Source: an uncultured Rickettsiales bacterium | GTDB taxonomy: Bacteria > Pseudomonadota > Alphaproteobacteria > Rs-D84 | Assembly: GCA_900546225.1 (NCBI GenBank) | Contig: URBZ01000001.1 | Coordinates: forward strand, 85,124 to 149,123 | Direction: 5' to 3' | DNA length: 64,000 bases | Part shown: positions 45,807 to 57,054 of the stretch, one piece after another | Layout: every line of letters starts with the position of its first letter | Position numbering within the stretch: position 1 is the first letter of the stretch | The notes under the pieces: model-generated | What the model saw: only the letters and a program-made list of their open reading frames with translations | Told to the model about the DNA's origin: nothing | Databases searched by the model: none | Made by a program: the position numbers and the translations under genes

Positions 45807-47240
45807 ATGACACTGAAAATTTATAACGTTATGACACGCCAGAAACAAGAATTTATCCCGTTGACCCCAGGGGCGGTGAAAATGTACGCGTGCGGTATTA
45901 CTGTGTCGGCTGATGCACATATCGGGCACGCATATCAATCCGTGGTATTCGACGTCATTACGCGCTATTTCGCATATTTGGGTTATAATGTAAAATACGT
46001 TCGCAACTATACCGATGTGGACGACAAGATTATTGCCAACGCGAACAAAATTGGCGAAAATCCAATCAGTTTTGCTGAACGCTATATGGCCAAAACAGAC
46101 GCCGAAATGGACGCGCTGGGCAACAACCGCCCAACCGTGATGGCACGTGCGACCCAGTGCATAGATGACATTATTGCATTTGTGCAAAAACTGATTGATT
46201 CTGGACACGCATACGTTTCGGAATTTGGCGACGTGTATTTCAAACTGTCGTCTTTCCCAGATTACGGAAAATTATCGCACATTCAAACCAACAAGAATGA
46301 AATTGGCGTACGCAAAGACATTGAACCCGGAAAATTGGACGAAGCGGACTTTGCCCTGTGGAAATCTGCAAAACCAGATGAAATTTATTGGGATTCCCCA
46401 TGGGGACGCGGTCGCCCCGGCTGGCACATTGAATGCAGTGCGATGAATATGAAATATCTGGGCGAACAAATTGATATTCACGGTGGTGGGCGCGATTTGG
46501 TGTTCCCACACCACGAAAATGAAATTGCCCAAACAGAATCTGTCACCGGCAAAACATTCGCAAATTATTGGGTGCACTGCGGCTTGGTCAAGGTGAATGG
46601 CCAAAAAATGAGCAAATCGTTAAACAACGGCATATTGTTACAAGATGTTTTGGCACAATATGATTCCGATGTTATTCGTTTTGCGTTGTTGAACAATATG
46701 TACTCTAATGACATTGATATCACAGACACGTTTTTCCCGAACGCCATGCGTCACGTATATAAAATGTATTCGGTTATAAACGCGGCGCGCGCACGCGAAT
46801 ATTCGGATGCGAACGCGGACAAAACGGCTGAAAAAACGCAACAGATTACAGATGAATTTCGTACGGCAATGGACGACAACTTTAACACATATGGTGTAAT
46901 TGTTGCCGCATTCCAATGGTTTGATTTCGTTTCCGCAGAACTGGCAAAGAAACATACTGAATACGATTTGAAAACAATTACAGAAAAAATTATTGAACTG
47001 TTCGGTGTGTTTAATATCTTGCAACGCGATGCAGCCCAATACATTGCCGACGCGCGCCAACGCGTTTTAACACAAAACAACATCAGCGCGGACGAAATTC
47101 AGGCAAAAATTGACGCACGTGCCGCCGCCAAGACCGCGCGTGATTACGCCACCGCCGATGCAATTCGTGGCGAATTGCTGACGCGCGGGGTTACATTGAT
47201 GGATTCCCCATCTGGGACAACGTGGGATATTGCAATATAA
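45807..47240 (+). CDS. cysS: cysteinyl-tRNA synthetase
   Basis: HIGH motif as HIGH, KMSKS motif present, zinc-ligand region. Confidence 0.9.
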   Translation: MTLKIYNVMTRQKQEFIPLTPGAVKMYACGITVSADAHIGHAYQSVVFDVITRYFAYLGYNVKYVRNYTDVDDKIIANANKIGENPISFAERYMAKTDAEMDALGNNRPTVMARATQCIDDIIAFVQKLIDSGHAYVSEFGDVYFKLSSFPDYGKLSHIQTNKNEIGVRKDIEPGKLDEADFALWKSAKPDEIYWDSPWGRGRPGWHIECSAMNMKYLGEQIDIHGGGRDLVFPHHENEIAQTESVTGKTFANYWVHCGLVKVNGQKMSKSLNNGILLQDVLAQYDSDVIRFALLNNMYSNDIDITDTFFPNAMRHVYKMYSVINAARAREYSDANADKTAEKTQQITDEFRTAMDDNFNTYGVIVAAFQWFDFVSAELAKKHTEYDLKTITEKIIELFGVFNILQRDAAQYIADARQRVLTQNNISADEIQAKIDARAAAKTARDYATADAIRGELLTRGVTLMDSPSGTTWDIAI

Positions 47241-47242
47241 AA

Positions 47243-47282
47243 CAAAACGCGCCCAACAAAATTATTTGTTGGGCGCGTTTTT
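47243..47282. terminator. bidirectional intrinsic terminator between cysS(+) and 47283(-)
   Basis: acgcgcccaacaaaattatttgttgggcgcgt flanked by A-run and T-run. Confidence 0.7.
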
Positions 47283-48578
47283 TTACCGCCATGCCTCTGG
47301 AATATCTGCATAGTCAGACAACTTTTCAGCCCCAGAATACATCAAACTAACTTGGGTTGCTGTTGCATTCGGGAATTGCTGATACAGCGGAACACCATCA
47401 GGATTGCGCGCCGATGGCCCCGTTAAATTACGGCAACGATAAAACGTTGTATCAAACATATGCGATGCCATCGGCCCAGATATATTACCAAACAGCCCGA
47501 CAGGAATTTCGCCCTTCAAACTATAATTATTATAAAAAGTCCCCAAATACATATCAGCCGCAGGCGCACCCGAAATTCCCGAAAACAGCCCTGTTCCTAT
47601 TTTTGTAAATTTACCACTGCTGGCAAAGGTATAGCGAAACATATACGGTGCGGGCGCGCCAACAATTCCGGAAAACAACGTTCCTGGAATAGTGCCACGC
47701 AAATTCAGGCAATTCGCAAACGTAGATCGAAACATACTCTCGGCGGGCGCGCCACGAATCCCTGCAAACAAATCTGGCGGAATTTCCCCAGTTAAATTGA
47801 TACAATGATTAAACGCGTCCTGAAACATACCTTTTACAGGCGCACCATTAATCCCAACAAACAATTCCTTGGGGATGCTTCCTTGGAAATTAGAACATTT
47901 GTGAAACAATCTGTAAAAAACGGGCATATCCGTACCGATGTTTGGGAACACCTGCCCTATGCTGCCAGAAACACCCGCCAACTTCTCATTAGATTCAAAC
48001 GAAATTGAATTATTGCGCCCATTTGATGCAGCATATGCGGTTGCCACCCCACCAATACGAATTTCATATACCCCTGGGGCAGCATACGTGTGCGCTATTG
48101 TTTTTGCAGTACCGGTATCATATTTGGTCACATTTTCAATCTGGCCATCACCCCAATCAACAAAAAATTTACCCGCCGCCGTTATTCTAAAATTAAAATC
48201 CGCGGTATCACTGGTTGTCGTCACAGTAAAATAATGCCGCGACAAAACCACCAAATTACGCACCGCATCAACAGAAACATTTACACTGGCGGCACGATTT
48301 GTCGCGTATTCACTCTCGCCGTATTGGCTTTTTGTGCCTAAATAACTATTTGCAGAATCAACCGCGGTCAACAAGTATTTCATATTTGCCGCCACCAGCG
48401 GATTTTTTAATTCAGGGTTATATGGGATTTTGACTGCCCATTCTTGTTCTATTAAATCGTGAATATATTTTATATTTACAATCGGTGATTTACTGGTGGC
48501 AACATCGTTTGCAAATCCAGACGAATTTATGAATATCAAACACAACGCACATAAAAATCCCTTGATTATGCGGTGCAT
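47283..48578 (-). CDS. secreted PKD-like plus LRR-like modular protein (single-module paralog of 13474..16867)
   Basis: Signal peptide. WGDG..HTY..PG.YEI. Roughly 33-aa repeats. C-terminal ...SDYADIPEAWR. Terminator shared with cysS. Confidence 0.65.
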   Translation of the reverse strand: MHRIIKGFLCALCLIFINSSGFANDVATSKSPIVNIKYIHDLIEQEWAVKIPYNPELKNPLVAANMKYLLTAVDSANSYLGTKSQYGESEYATNRAASVNVSVDAVRNLVVLSRHYFTVTTTSDTADFNFRITAAGKFFVDWGDGQIENVTKYDTGTAKTIAHTYAAPGVYEIRIGGVATAYAASNGRNNSISFESNEKLAGVSGSIGQVFPNIGTDMPVFYRLFHKCSNFQGSIPKELFVGINGAPVKGMFQDAFNHCINLTGEIPPDLFAGIRGAPAESMFRSTFANCLNLRGTIPGTLFSGIVGAPAPYMFRYTFASSGKFTKIGTGLFSGISGAPAADMYLGTFYNNYSLKGEIPVGLFGNISGPMASHMFDTTFYRCRNLTGPSARNPDGVPLYQQFPNATATQVSLMYSGAEKLSDYADIPEAWR

Positions 48579-48579
48579 G

Positions 48580-49011
48580 TTATTCTGTCTCCGGTATTGC
48601 TTTCAGTGCCGGCAACGGTTGATCTGGTACAACAAATTCCCCAGAAACCGTGTATTTCCCCGCCAACGTTTGTTCTGTGCCATTACGGGTATCAACACGA
48701 TAAGATAAACCGTCATACACACTCTTTGCACTGGGGTATTGTGCGGTCGTAGATGTTTCATCTATGGTATCTGTTTTATTACTCAATGATTCCTTGGTTT
48801 CAGAAACCTGTTCAACATAATCACGCGACGCAATTGCCGCATGCGCGTTGTCTGTGTACCCAACAATAATCGCACACAAAACAATCGCCCCCAGCAGGAC
48901 AAGTTTTCTTATTGAAAATACTGTGTTTTTGTTGGCCAATCCACAAAATACAGGCACGCAAATGCATGCCAAACAGCCAACCCCCACTGTGATTCTTGCT
49001 AACCAAGACAT
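48580..49011 (-). CDS. small secreted/membrane-anchored protein, paralog of 16876..17268
   Basis: Conserved C-terminal block AQYPSAKSVYDGLSYRVDT...AGKYTVSGEFVVPDQPLP. Hydrophobic N-terminus. Confidence 0.45.
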   Translation of the reverse strand: MSWLARITVGVGCLACICVPVFCGLANKNTVFSIRKLVLLGAIVLCAIIVGYTDNAHAAIASRDYVEQVSETKESLSNKTDTIDETSTTAQYPSAKSVYDGLSYRVDTRNGTEQTLAGKYTVSGEFVVPDQPLPALKAIPETE

Positions 49012-49363
49012 GTAAGTAACTTACACCTCTCCATTTTTAATGGAATATTACCATAAACGTCAAACTTTGTGTACTGTTTTCTGCCCGACACAATATACAA
49101 AAACAGACAAAAACACGGGGCGTTTTACCGCGACTTGGAATATTTCCGACAGCCCCACCAAACAGTAAAATATGATATAGTTTTTACATAATCATAAAAA
49201 AACAACATAACATGTTTTTTATACTTGTTTTTATTAACGCTGTCACGTAAAATACTTATTGTCAATGGGTGTTCCATTGATGAGGTGTGAGAACCTGTTC
49301 ATAAGCGTCACGGAAAAAATGGGGCGGAATATGTCTCTTTTAACATCGTGATGAAAAAATAAA

Positions 49364-49465
49364 CTCCTGATATTTGTGTCAGGAGGGCACGCGAAATATC
49401 CAATACGCGGCACAATTCTTATGATTGTTCTCAACCTCCTGACCACCAAAAGTTGGTGGTTTTTC
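49364..49465 (+). promoter_or_regulatory. 5' leader with alternative hairpins and an intrinsic terminator immediately upstream of the RBS (attenuator/riboswitch-like)
   Basis: ctcctga..tcaggag hairpin (49364-49385). Second cctcctga copy (49436-49443). accacc..ggtggt+T5 (49443-49465). Then RBS/ATG at 49500. Confidence 0.35.
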
Positions 49466-49499
49466 GTTTGAAAAACGCAAAAGACAGGAGAAAGAACAA

Positions 49500-50462
49500 A
49501 TGAAACACAGTTTTACCATCGCCGTATTAGCGATGCTGGTGTTGCATATAAACAACAATGCCACCGCCACCCCAATTCCAGGGGTCGAATACCCTATCAG
49601 TGCCAGCGGTTGCTATATTACCGAGTATTCATCATCACTGCTGATCAGTGCCGCCAACTATTCCCAAATAGTTAAAACAAACTGCGCTTCATTTAAAACA
49701 TATAAGGTTCATGATGCGCTCAATGGCAGTTCATTATATATTGCAGAATGCGCCACATGTAAAAGTGGTTTTTACGAAAACGGCTATGGAGTATCAACGA
49801 CAGACGGCATGAAAAACGGCCGCGCCGTTGTGACTGGCCCTGATTGGAAAACATACACATACAGCCCATGCGGCAGCATCGCATTTCAGGCCAGTTGCTC
49901 CGCCCGAACAACGTGTTCCCCCAAACAAATAACCATGGAAACAACAACCATATCATATTGCAACGCGGAAAAGACCGTCGTGTTTGGAAACAGCGCATGG
50001 CGTTCCTGTTCAGATTGCCAAGGTGGTAATGCTGGTACACAGGGGCAATCTGTATATGCACCATCTGGCGGACCATGCAGTAACTATTATTACACGGTCG
50101 GCATAAATACATGCAAAGCCCCCTGTTCCGATTCAAACTGTGACAACAAAACAACCGATTGGACATGCGGCGAATATGCAAACGGCACAGCCAGCGACGC
50201 CGCATGCTGGCGCACAAAATATTATTGTCTGAGTGATGGATACACTTGCACCAGCAGCAAGGAAAACAAATGCGTATCTGGATACTATATGTCGGGCAAC
50301 ACATGCGCCACATGTCCCGCCGGTTCTGATGGGAACGCCGCCCAGAGCCCAGATGCTGCAACCAGCATCAATGACTGCTATGTCACCAGTGGTCGCGACC
50401 CCAGTGGCACATATTTATTTGTTAATGGCGCATCACCATACATGTGCAACTATAGTGAATAA
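49500..50462 (+). CDS. secreted Cys-rich protein (CxxCPAG motif family)
   Basis: Signal peptide. 30 or more Cys. Motif [10 protein letters not shown]. Confidence 0.55.
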   Translation: MKHSFTIAVLAMLVLHINNNATATPIPGVEYPISASGCYITEYSSSLLISAANYSQIVKTNCASFKTYKVHDALNGSSLYIAECATCKSGFYENGYGVSTTDGMKNGRAVVTGPDWKTYTYSPCGSIAFQASCSARTTCSPKQITMETTTISYCNAEKTVVFGNSAWRSCSDCQGGNAGTQGQSVYAPSGGPCSNYYYTVGINTCKAPCSDSNCDNKTTDWTCGEYANGTASDAACWRTKYYCLSDGYTCTSSKENKCVSGYYMSGNTCATCPAGSDGNAAQSPDAATSINDCYVTSGRDPSGTYLFVNGASPYMCNYSE

Positions 50463-50502
50463 GCATAAAAAACGTCCCAAATGGGACGTTTTTATTATCT
50501 GA

Positions 50503-51780
50503 TTATGCGGCCTTTTTGGCATCGCGCAAGATTTGCACCGGTTGTTTTTTACCCAGCACAACATTTTTATCAATCACGATTTCCGCCAATTCCGGATTAT
50601 CGGGCGCATCAAACATCGGTGTCAACAATATGCGTTCCAGAATACTGCGCAGACCACGTGCCCCCGTCTTGCGCGCAACCGCCAATTTCGCAATTTCACG
50701 TAATCCGTCGTCGGTAATGTTCAATTTCACATTATCCATTTCCAACATTGCGCTGTATTGTTTGACAATCGCATTCTTTGGTTCGGTCAGGATTTTTACC
50801 AACGCACTTTCGTCCAAATCCTGCAATGTGGTAATCACCGGCAAACGACCAACCAATTCCGGAATAATACCGAATTTGACCAAATCTTCGGGTTGAACAT
50901 CGTCCAAGTAATTTTTGGATTCACGTTCCTTTTTCGATTGAACATTCGCGCCAAAACCGATACCCGCGCGTTCTGATTTACGCCCACCAATAATCTTGTT
51001 CAGGCCATCAAACGCACCGCCGCAAATAAACAAGATTTTTGATGTGTCCAGTTGGACTGTGGCCTCGCCCGGATGCTTGCGTCCCGCGCCACCGGCCGGA
51101 ACATTTGCAACCGTACCTTCGACCAGTTTCAACAAGGCCTGTTGTACCCCTTCGCCGGAAACATCACGTGTCAGCGATGGATTTTCAGATTTGCGTGCAA
51201 TCTTATCGATTTCGTCGATATAGATAATACCACGTCCCGCACGTTCCACGTCAAAATTCGCATTCTGTAACAGACGCGTCAGAACACTTTCCACGTCGTC
51301 GCCGACATAACCGGCCTCGGTCAATGTTGTGGCATCTGCGATTGCAAATGGCACGTCCAAAATACGCGCCAGCGTTTGCGCAAACAGCGTTTTACCCGTA
51401 CCCGTTGGCCCAATCAGCAAAACATTGGACTTTTGAATTTCAACATTTGACGACATCGCCACACTGTGACGCTTATAGTGGTTATACACCGCCACCGCCA
51501 GCGTGCGTTTCGCCATATCTTGCCCGATGATATATTCGTTCAAGAAATTATAAATCTGGGACGGCGTTGGCAATTTGGCCGCTTCTTTATTGACTTCGCC
51601 CCGCAGGTCGTCCGCCATAATATCGTTGCACAGGTTGATACATTCGTCACAGATGCAAACGTTACGTCCACGAACCAGTTTTTTAACCTCGTACACAGAT
51701 TTACCACAGAAACTGCAAAACTGCTGCGCGCCCTGCGCTGCGTCAGTTGGTGGTGTGGTGGTGTTTTTATCGTCACTCAT
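50503..51780 (-). CDS. clpX: ATP-dependent Clp protease ATP-binding subunit ClpX
   Basis: C4 zinc finger CSFCGK...CICDEC. Walker A GPTGTGKT. Confidence 0.95.
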   Translation of the reverse strand: MSDDKNTTTPPTDAAQGAQQFCSFCGKSVYEVKKLVRGRNVCICDECINLCNDIMADDLRGEVNKEAAKLPTPSQIYNFLNEYIIGQDMAKRTLAVAVYNHYKRHSVAMSSNVEIQKSNVLLIGPTGTGKTLFAQTLARILDVPFAIADATTLTEAGYVGDDVESVLTRLLQNANFDVERAGRGIIYIDEIDKIARKSENPSLTRDVSGEGVQQALLKLVEGTVANVPAGGAGRKHPGEATVQLDTSKILFICGGAFDGLNKIIGGRKSERAGIGFGANVQSKKERESKNYLDDVQPEDLVKFGIIPELVGRLPVITTLQDLDESALVKILTEPKNAIVKQYSAMLEMDNVKLNITDDGLREIAKLAVARKTGARGLRSILERILLTPMFDAPDNPELAEIVIDKNVVLGKKQPVQILRDAKKAA

Positions 51781-51807
51781 TACAAACAATCCCTTGGATG
51801 TGAAAAA

Positions 51808-52389
51808 TTATTTACGTTCCAAAATGCCGTCAATCAGGCCAAAATCTTTGGCCTCGGTCGGATTCATCCAGTTATCACGTTCCATCGCATCAAACAATTC
51901 TTGTTCACTGCGACCGGTAAACGACGCCATTTGTTTAATCAACGTCTGTTTGTTCTTTTGATACTGGGTCATACGGATTTCCATATCGGTAATCTGGCCT
52001 TCGGCCCCGGCCAATGGCTGGTGAATCATAATCTGGGTATTTGGCAAAACAAAACGTTTCCCCTTTGCCCCCGCCGCCAGCAAGACCGAACCCATCGACG
52101 CGACCAATCCCATACCGATGGTCGACACCGGCGATTTAATATACTGCATCGTGTCCATAATCGCCCAACCCGCAGAAACATCACCGCCAGGGCTGTTGAT
52201 ATAGACAGAAATTTCCGCATTTGGATTTTCAGATTCCAAGAACAACAACTGCGCCACAATACTGTTCGCCATTGCCGGTTCAATCTGGCCGTTTATCATA
52301 ACAATACGGTCGCGCAACAGGCGCGAATAAATATCAAACGAACGTTCACCACGTGGTGATTCTTCGATAACCATTGGTATCAATGCCAT
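51808..52389 (-). CDS. clpP: ATP-dependent Clp protease proteolytic subunit ClpP
   Basis: Ser-His-Asp-containing blocks ([21 protein letters not shown]). Confidence 0.95.
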   Translation of the reverse strand: MALIPMVIEESPRGERSFDIYSRLLRDRIVMINGQIEPAMANSIVAQLLFLESENPNAEISVYINSPGGDVSAGWAIMDTMQYIKSPVSTIGMGLVASMGSVLLAAGAKGKRFVLPNTQIMIHQPLAGAEGQITDMEIRMTQYQKNKQTLIKQMASFTGRSEQELFDAMERDNWMNPTEAKDFGLIDGILERK

Positions 52390-52552
52390 AAAAATATCCT
52401 TTTAATTTCTCTGAATTATACCACAAAAAATCCGATTCGCGAATTTATACATCTGATATATAGGTAAATATGTCCAAAATACAACTAAACAGCAATTTAT
52501 TGACAAAAATGGTTTTGTGTACTATGTTATAAAAAAAATAAAGGCACATATT

Positions 52553-52894
52553 ATGCACACAAATGGATTTTATTTAATTGAACGCGCCCGTCACGAATAC
52601 AAAATCGCGACACTGAATGACATTATGAAACACATAACCGACGATTTGGTTCAAACCCAGAAAATCAAGAAATTGATAGAAGAACGCAGTCGTATCGTCA
52701 AAACAGAAAATCTGGAACAGCGTATGCAAATGCGTCGCGCACAATTACAGGAACTGATTGCCGCACGTCGTGCACATTACGATGAACGTTATGACGCGAT
52801 GGAGGCCGCGACCACAGCCGCAATGTTTGACATTGACTGGGCCGAAGAATTGGCATACAAAGCATTGGAATACGAACGCACACATTCACGTTAA
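52553..52894 (+). CDS. hypothetical coiled-coil protein
   Basis: ORF followed by a terminator (52895-52925). No domain recognised. Confidence 0.35.
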   Translation: MHTNGFYLIERARHEYKIATLNDIMKHITDDLVQTQKIKKLIEERSRIVKTENLEQRMQMRRAQLQELIAARRAHYDERYDAMEAATTAAMFDIDWAEELAYKALEYERTHSR

Positions 52895-52914
52895 AAATCA
52901 AGGCCGCCAAAATA

Positions 52915-54015
52915 TCAGGCGGCTTTTTTCATATCACGTTTTACATCGCGCACATATTTGCGCAATTCATCAATAGGAACAAGTGACCCATCACGTTTTT
53001 CCGCCGACCAGTAATCCCAACCATTGAAACTGACACTGTGTTGCAGACGCGCCGCCATAACATGAATTGATGCCTTGCCATACAGGGTATGCACCAACTG
53101 GGCATCACGCGTAATCATCACGCGTTCGCCACGCGGGCTGACCAACGTCTGGCCAACATACAGCAATCCCGCATCCAGCAATTCTTTGAACGCAACGCGA
53201 ACCTCTGCACGTTTGGGGGCAGCGACCTCTATATCCGTCAAATCAATCGGTTTAACCGCGGCAACACGTTCCCGTGCAGCGGCCACATACGCCTCCTCAC
53301 GGTCGATTCCAATAAAATTACGTCCCAATTCCTTGGCCGCGGCGGCGGTTGTACCACTGCCCACAAATGGATCAAGGATTACATCACCCTGCTTGGTTGA
53401 TGCCAATATTACACGACGTAACAAATCCATTGGTTTTTGTGTGTTATGCAAACTCTTGCCATCTGCGCCCTTGACACGTTCTTCGCCCAGACAAATATTG
53501 ATATTCCAATCCGAACGCATCTGTTTGCCACCGTTCAGTTTCTTCATTGTTTCGTAATTGAATGTATATTTGCCGGTCTTGCGCGGGGTTGCCCAAATCA
53601 GTGTTTCGTGCGCATTTGTAAAGCGCGTACCGCGGAAATTCGGCATAGGATTGGTTTTCACCCAAACAATATCATTCAAAATCCAGAAACCCAAATCCTG
53701 TAAAATTGCACCGACGCGGAAAATATTATGATAACTGCCGATAACCCACATTGCGCCATCTGGTTTCAGAATGCGTTTGCATTCCGTCATCCATGCGCGC
53801 GTAAATTCATCATACGCCGCCGGACTGTCAAAAGCGTCCCACGCATCACGTACCGCACGCGCGGCTGTCTGGTCTTCGGGACGATACAATGTTTTTGCGC
53901 CCAGTTGCAGATTATACGGACAATCGGCAAAGATGGCATCGACCGACGCATCAGGCATGCGGCGCATGACCTCTATGCAATCACCAGACAAAATCTGATT
54001 CAGGTATTTTTCCAT
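52915..54015 (-). CDS. ccrM: CcrM-like N6-adenine DNA methyltransferase (motif IV reads DCPY)
   Basis: LNQILSGDCIEVM..SVDAIFADCPYNLQL. SAM-binding C-terminal block. GGAGAG RBS before the ATG at 54015. Confidence 0.85.
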   Translation of the reverse strand: MEKYLNQILSGDCIEVMRRMPDASVDAIFADCPYNLQLGAKTLYRPEDQTAARAVRDAWDAFDSPAAYDEFTRAWMTECKRILKPDGAMWVIGSYHNIFRVGAILQDLGFWILNDIVWVKTNPMPNFRGTRFTNAHETLIWATPRKTGKYTFNYETMKKLNGGKQMRSDWNINICLGEERVKGADGKSLHNTQKPMDLLRRVILASTKQGDVILDPFVGSGTTAAAAKELGRNFIGIDREEAYVAAARERVAAVKPIDLTDIEVAAPKRAEVRVAFKELLDAGLLYVGQTLVSPRGERVMITRDAQLVHTLYGKASIHVMAARLQHSVSFNGWDYWSAEKRDGSLVPIDELRKYVRDVKRDMKKAA

Positions 54016-54178
54016 CTCTCCGTCTCTCGGCATCTATTTTATCACAAATCGCCCCCTAATTTTTCGCCCGCAAGCATTGTTTTCTAAAAAAACGTCTTGA
54101 TTTTTCCGAAAAGACGATTTTTTGCCCGACGCAAATATTACTTGCGGGCATCAAAATAGATTGCTATTCTTTACCAGT

Positions 54179-54679
54179 ATGAGATGTCCATATTGTAATT
54201 CAACCGACAGCCGCGTGACTGATTCACGTCCCGACACCGAAGATGCAATTATTCGGCGTCGTCGCGTATGCAATCAGTGCGGTGCAAAATTTACAACCGT
54301 TGAACGCGTCCAGATGCGCGACCTGATGGTGCGCAAGAACAGTGGCAAGTTAGAGGCATTTGATCGTGAAAAATTGCGTCGCAGTATTAAACTGGCATGC
54401 CGCAATCGTGATGTCGGTGACGAACAGATTGAAAAATTGGTAACATCTATTCACCGCCGTTTGGAAACAGAAACCGCCGACGATACAGTGCCCAGCACGA
54501 TGGTCGGACAAATGGTGGCGGATTCGTTGCTGAACCTTGACCCAATCGCATTTGTGCGATTTGTTTCCGTTTATCGCAAGTTTTCACGTATATCTGATTT
54601 CAAAAAAATTATCGACCAGATACCAGAGGCCGCCGATGACGCAGTGGTTTGCCACCTGCCAAAGACATCGCTGTTCTGA
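54179..54679 (+). CDS. nrdR: transcriptional repressor NrdR
   Basis: Zinc ribbon MRCPYCNS...CNQCGAKF plus ATP-cone. Confidence 0.9.
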   Translation: MRCPYCNSTDSRVTDSRPDTEDAIIRRRRVCNQCGAKFTTVERVQMRDLMVRKNSGKLEAFDREKLRRSIKLACRNRDVGDEQIEKLVTSIHRRLETETADDTVPSTMVGQMVADSLLNLDPIAFVRFVSVYRKFSRISDFKKIIDQIPEAADDAVVCHLPKTSLF

Positions 54680-54688
54680 CATAATAAT

Positions 54689-56413
54689 ATGAAAAAAATC
54701 CTTGTATTTTTAACAGCGTTTTTACTGTCAGTGCCCGTGCGCGCCGCAGATTTGCCAAACATACTGACCGATGCCGACGCCAGTTTGTACGAACAGATTT
54801 TCATGCTGCAATCCAAAGAGAAAATTACCACCGCACAAAAATTGGAAAAGCAACTGACCGATCCCCTGTTGATGAACGAGGTTTTGTATCAACGTTATAC
54901 ATCAAAAACATATCGCACGCGTGGGGCGGAATTGAACGCGTGGATGAAAAAGTATTATGATATGCCAGGGGCGGTTCGCATTTCAAAAATCGCAAAAATC
55001 AAACAGGCCACCGTCCGCAAACCCGTTGTCCCAAATATGATTAGTGGTGGCGCATCAATCGAAACGGCCCAGTCCGAAACATGGACGGCAAAAAAGTATT
55101 CTGGTTGGGCCAACACACAAATCACCAAATTCAAACGCGCAATCCGCAGCGGCAGCAGCAAAACCGCACGTCAAATTCTGTCCGACCCACTGTTCAAACG
55201 CAAACTGACCGAATCTGATTATGGTCGTTTGGCGGGACGTTTGTCATACCTGTATTATACAAATGGCGAATTTGAATTGGCGAAAAAGTGGGGATTCGTT
55301 GCATCTGACGCAAATTCTGAATACGGCCTGTGGGCAATGGGATTACTGTATTTCAAAGAAGAAAAATTCAAAGAAAGCGCAAAATATTTCAGCCAGATTT
55401 TGAAACTGGAACAAATCAATAACGCCCGAAAGACCGAGGCCGCATTCTGGGCGGGGCGCGCAGCGGACGCAAATGGCGATCGCACCACGGCGCGCAATTT
55501 CTGGCGCGTGGCGGCGGCACACCCGATGGCATTCTATGGTGCACTGTCGGCGGTTATGCTGGGCGATACACCTGAATACGAATTTTTCGAACAGGACTTT
55601 ACCGACGACGATATTGATGCATTGACCGAAACAAAATACGGTCGTATGGCATTGGCATTATTACAGGTGGGACAAAAAGACCGCGCCGAAGAATACCTGA
55701 AATACCTGATTACGGCGCGCGCGTCCGATCGCACATTGCACGCGGTAAATTCGATTGCGACGGCGTATGGTCTGCCCCGTGTATCAATTCAATCGGCGGG
55801 CGTGGTGCGTGACCGCGGTATTCTGGAAATTGATGACGACATTATTTATTCGGCGCAGTATCCCCTGCCCGATTGGGAACCAATGGGTGGTTGGTCAATC
55901 GACCGCGCATTACTGTTGGCCATCACAAAACAAGAAAGTGGATTCAAAACAAACGCAAAATCAAACGCGGGCGCAAATGGTCTGATGCAGATTATGCCCA
56001 GCACCGCACGTCGCGTCGCCCGCCAGAACAACGTCGCCATGTCTGATATTGATATGAGCAACCCTGAACACAACATGTTCTTGGGCCAGCAATATATTGT
56101 TGACCTGTTGGCGCACCCAAATATCAATAACAACATTATAAAAATGCTGGCGGCATATAACGCTGGCATGGGCATGGTTGTAAAGTTCGAAAAGAGTTTT
56201 TCGACATACGACCCACTGCTGTATATTGAAAGTTTTCCAGCATACGAAACACGCAGTTATATCAAGCGCGTAATGTCCAACATGTGGTTGTATCGCGCCC
56301 GATTGGGCCAACCACTGACATCTATGGAAGAATTGGCAAACGGCATTTGGCCACTGTACAACAGCGAAGATGAATACGTCCAACGCCAAATTGCCGACCG
56401 CTTGTCTATCTGA
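54689..56413 (+). CDS. soluble lytic murein transglycosylase (Slt family)
   Basis: Signal peptide. Superhelical N-terminal domain. Catalytic block ITKQESGFKTNAKSNAGANGLMQIMPSTA. Confidence 0.85.
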   Translation: MKKILVFLTAFLLSVPVRAADLPNILTDADASLYEQIFMLQSKEKITTAQKLEKQLTDPLLMNEVLYQRYTSKTYRTRGAELNAWMKKYYDMPGAVRISKIAKIKQATVRKPVVPNMISGGASIETAQSETWTAKKYSGWANTQITKFKRAIRSGSSKTARQILSDPLFKRKLTESDYGRLAGRLSYLYYTNGEFELAKKWGFVASDANSEYGLWAMGLLYFKEEKFKESAKYFSQILKLEQINNARKTEAAFWAGRAADANGDRTTARNFWRVAAAHPMAFYGALSAVMLGDTPEYEFFEQDFTDDDIDALTETKYGRMALALLQVGQKDRAEEYLKYLITARASDRTLHAVNSIATAYGLPRVSIQSAGVVRDRGILEIDDDIIYSAQYPLPDWEPMGGWSIDRALLLAITKQESGFKTNAKSNAGANGLMQIMPSTARRVARQNNVAMSDIDMSNPEHNMFLGQQYIVDLLAHPNINNNIIKMLAAYNAGMGMVVKFEKSFSTYDPLLYIESFPAYETRSYIKRVMSNMWLYRARLGQPLTSMEELANGIWPLYNSEDEYVQRQIADRLSI

Positions 56414-57054
56414 TGGGGGAAATAATCACTATGCGCACGACACCTGATTTTACATTTGAACGCGAATCGGGATTTGACCTTGTTGCCGGCGTGGACGAGG
56501 CCGGCCGTGGCCCACTGTGCGGGCCGGTGGTGGCCGCAGCGGTAATTTTTCCCAACCGCGAAATTGAAATTCCTGTTCTTATTCGGGACTCTAAACAAAT
56601 GACGGCACACGCCCGCGCCACCGCATATGATTGGATTACCCGCAACACAATTTGGGCGGTGGGGCAATGCAGTCCCGCCGAAATCGACGAACTGAACATT
56701 TTATGGGCGTCCATGCGCGCAATGTCGCGCGCGGTTGAAAATCTGGCGGAAATGCCGCAGTTTTGCCTGATTGACGGGAACAGATTGCCGCAGGATTTGC
56801 GTGGCACGCCAATTGTCAAGGGCGACGCCAAGTCATTATCAATCGCCGCCGCATCCATTATCGCCAAGGAAACACGTGATAAAATCATGCACGATTTGGC
56901 GGTGCAATACCCGCAATACGCATGGGATAAAAATGCGGGTTACCCCACGCCCGAACATTTGCAAGCGATTGAAAAATATGGTATAAACGAACATTATCGT
57001 AAAAGTTTCAAACCAGTAAAGGAAAGGATTGAACATGAAATTACGCACGATTGA
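56413..57054 (+). CDS. rnhB: ribonuclease HII
   Basis: DLVAGVDEAGRGPLCGPVVAAAV. The true start may be the internal ATG at 56431. Confidence 0.9.
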   Translation: MGEIITMRTTPDFTFERESGFDLVAGVDEAGRGPLCGPVVAAAVIFPNREIEIPVLIRDSKQMTAHARATAYDWITRNTIWAVGQCSPAEIDELNILWASMRAMSRAVENLAEMPQFCLIDGNRLPQDLRGTPIVKGDAKSLSIAAASIIAKETRDKIMHDLAVQYPQYAWDKNAGYPTPEHLQAIEKYGINEHYRKSFKPVKERIEHEITHD

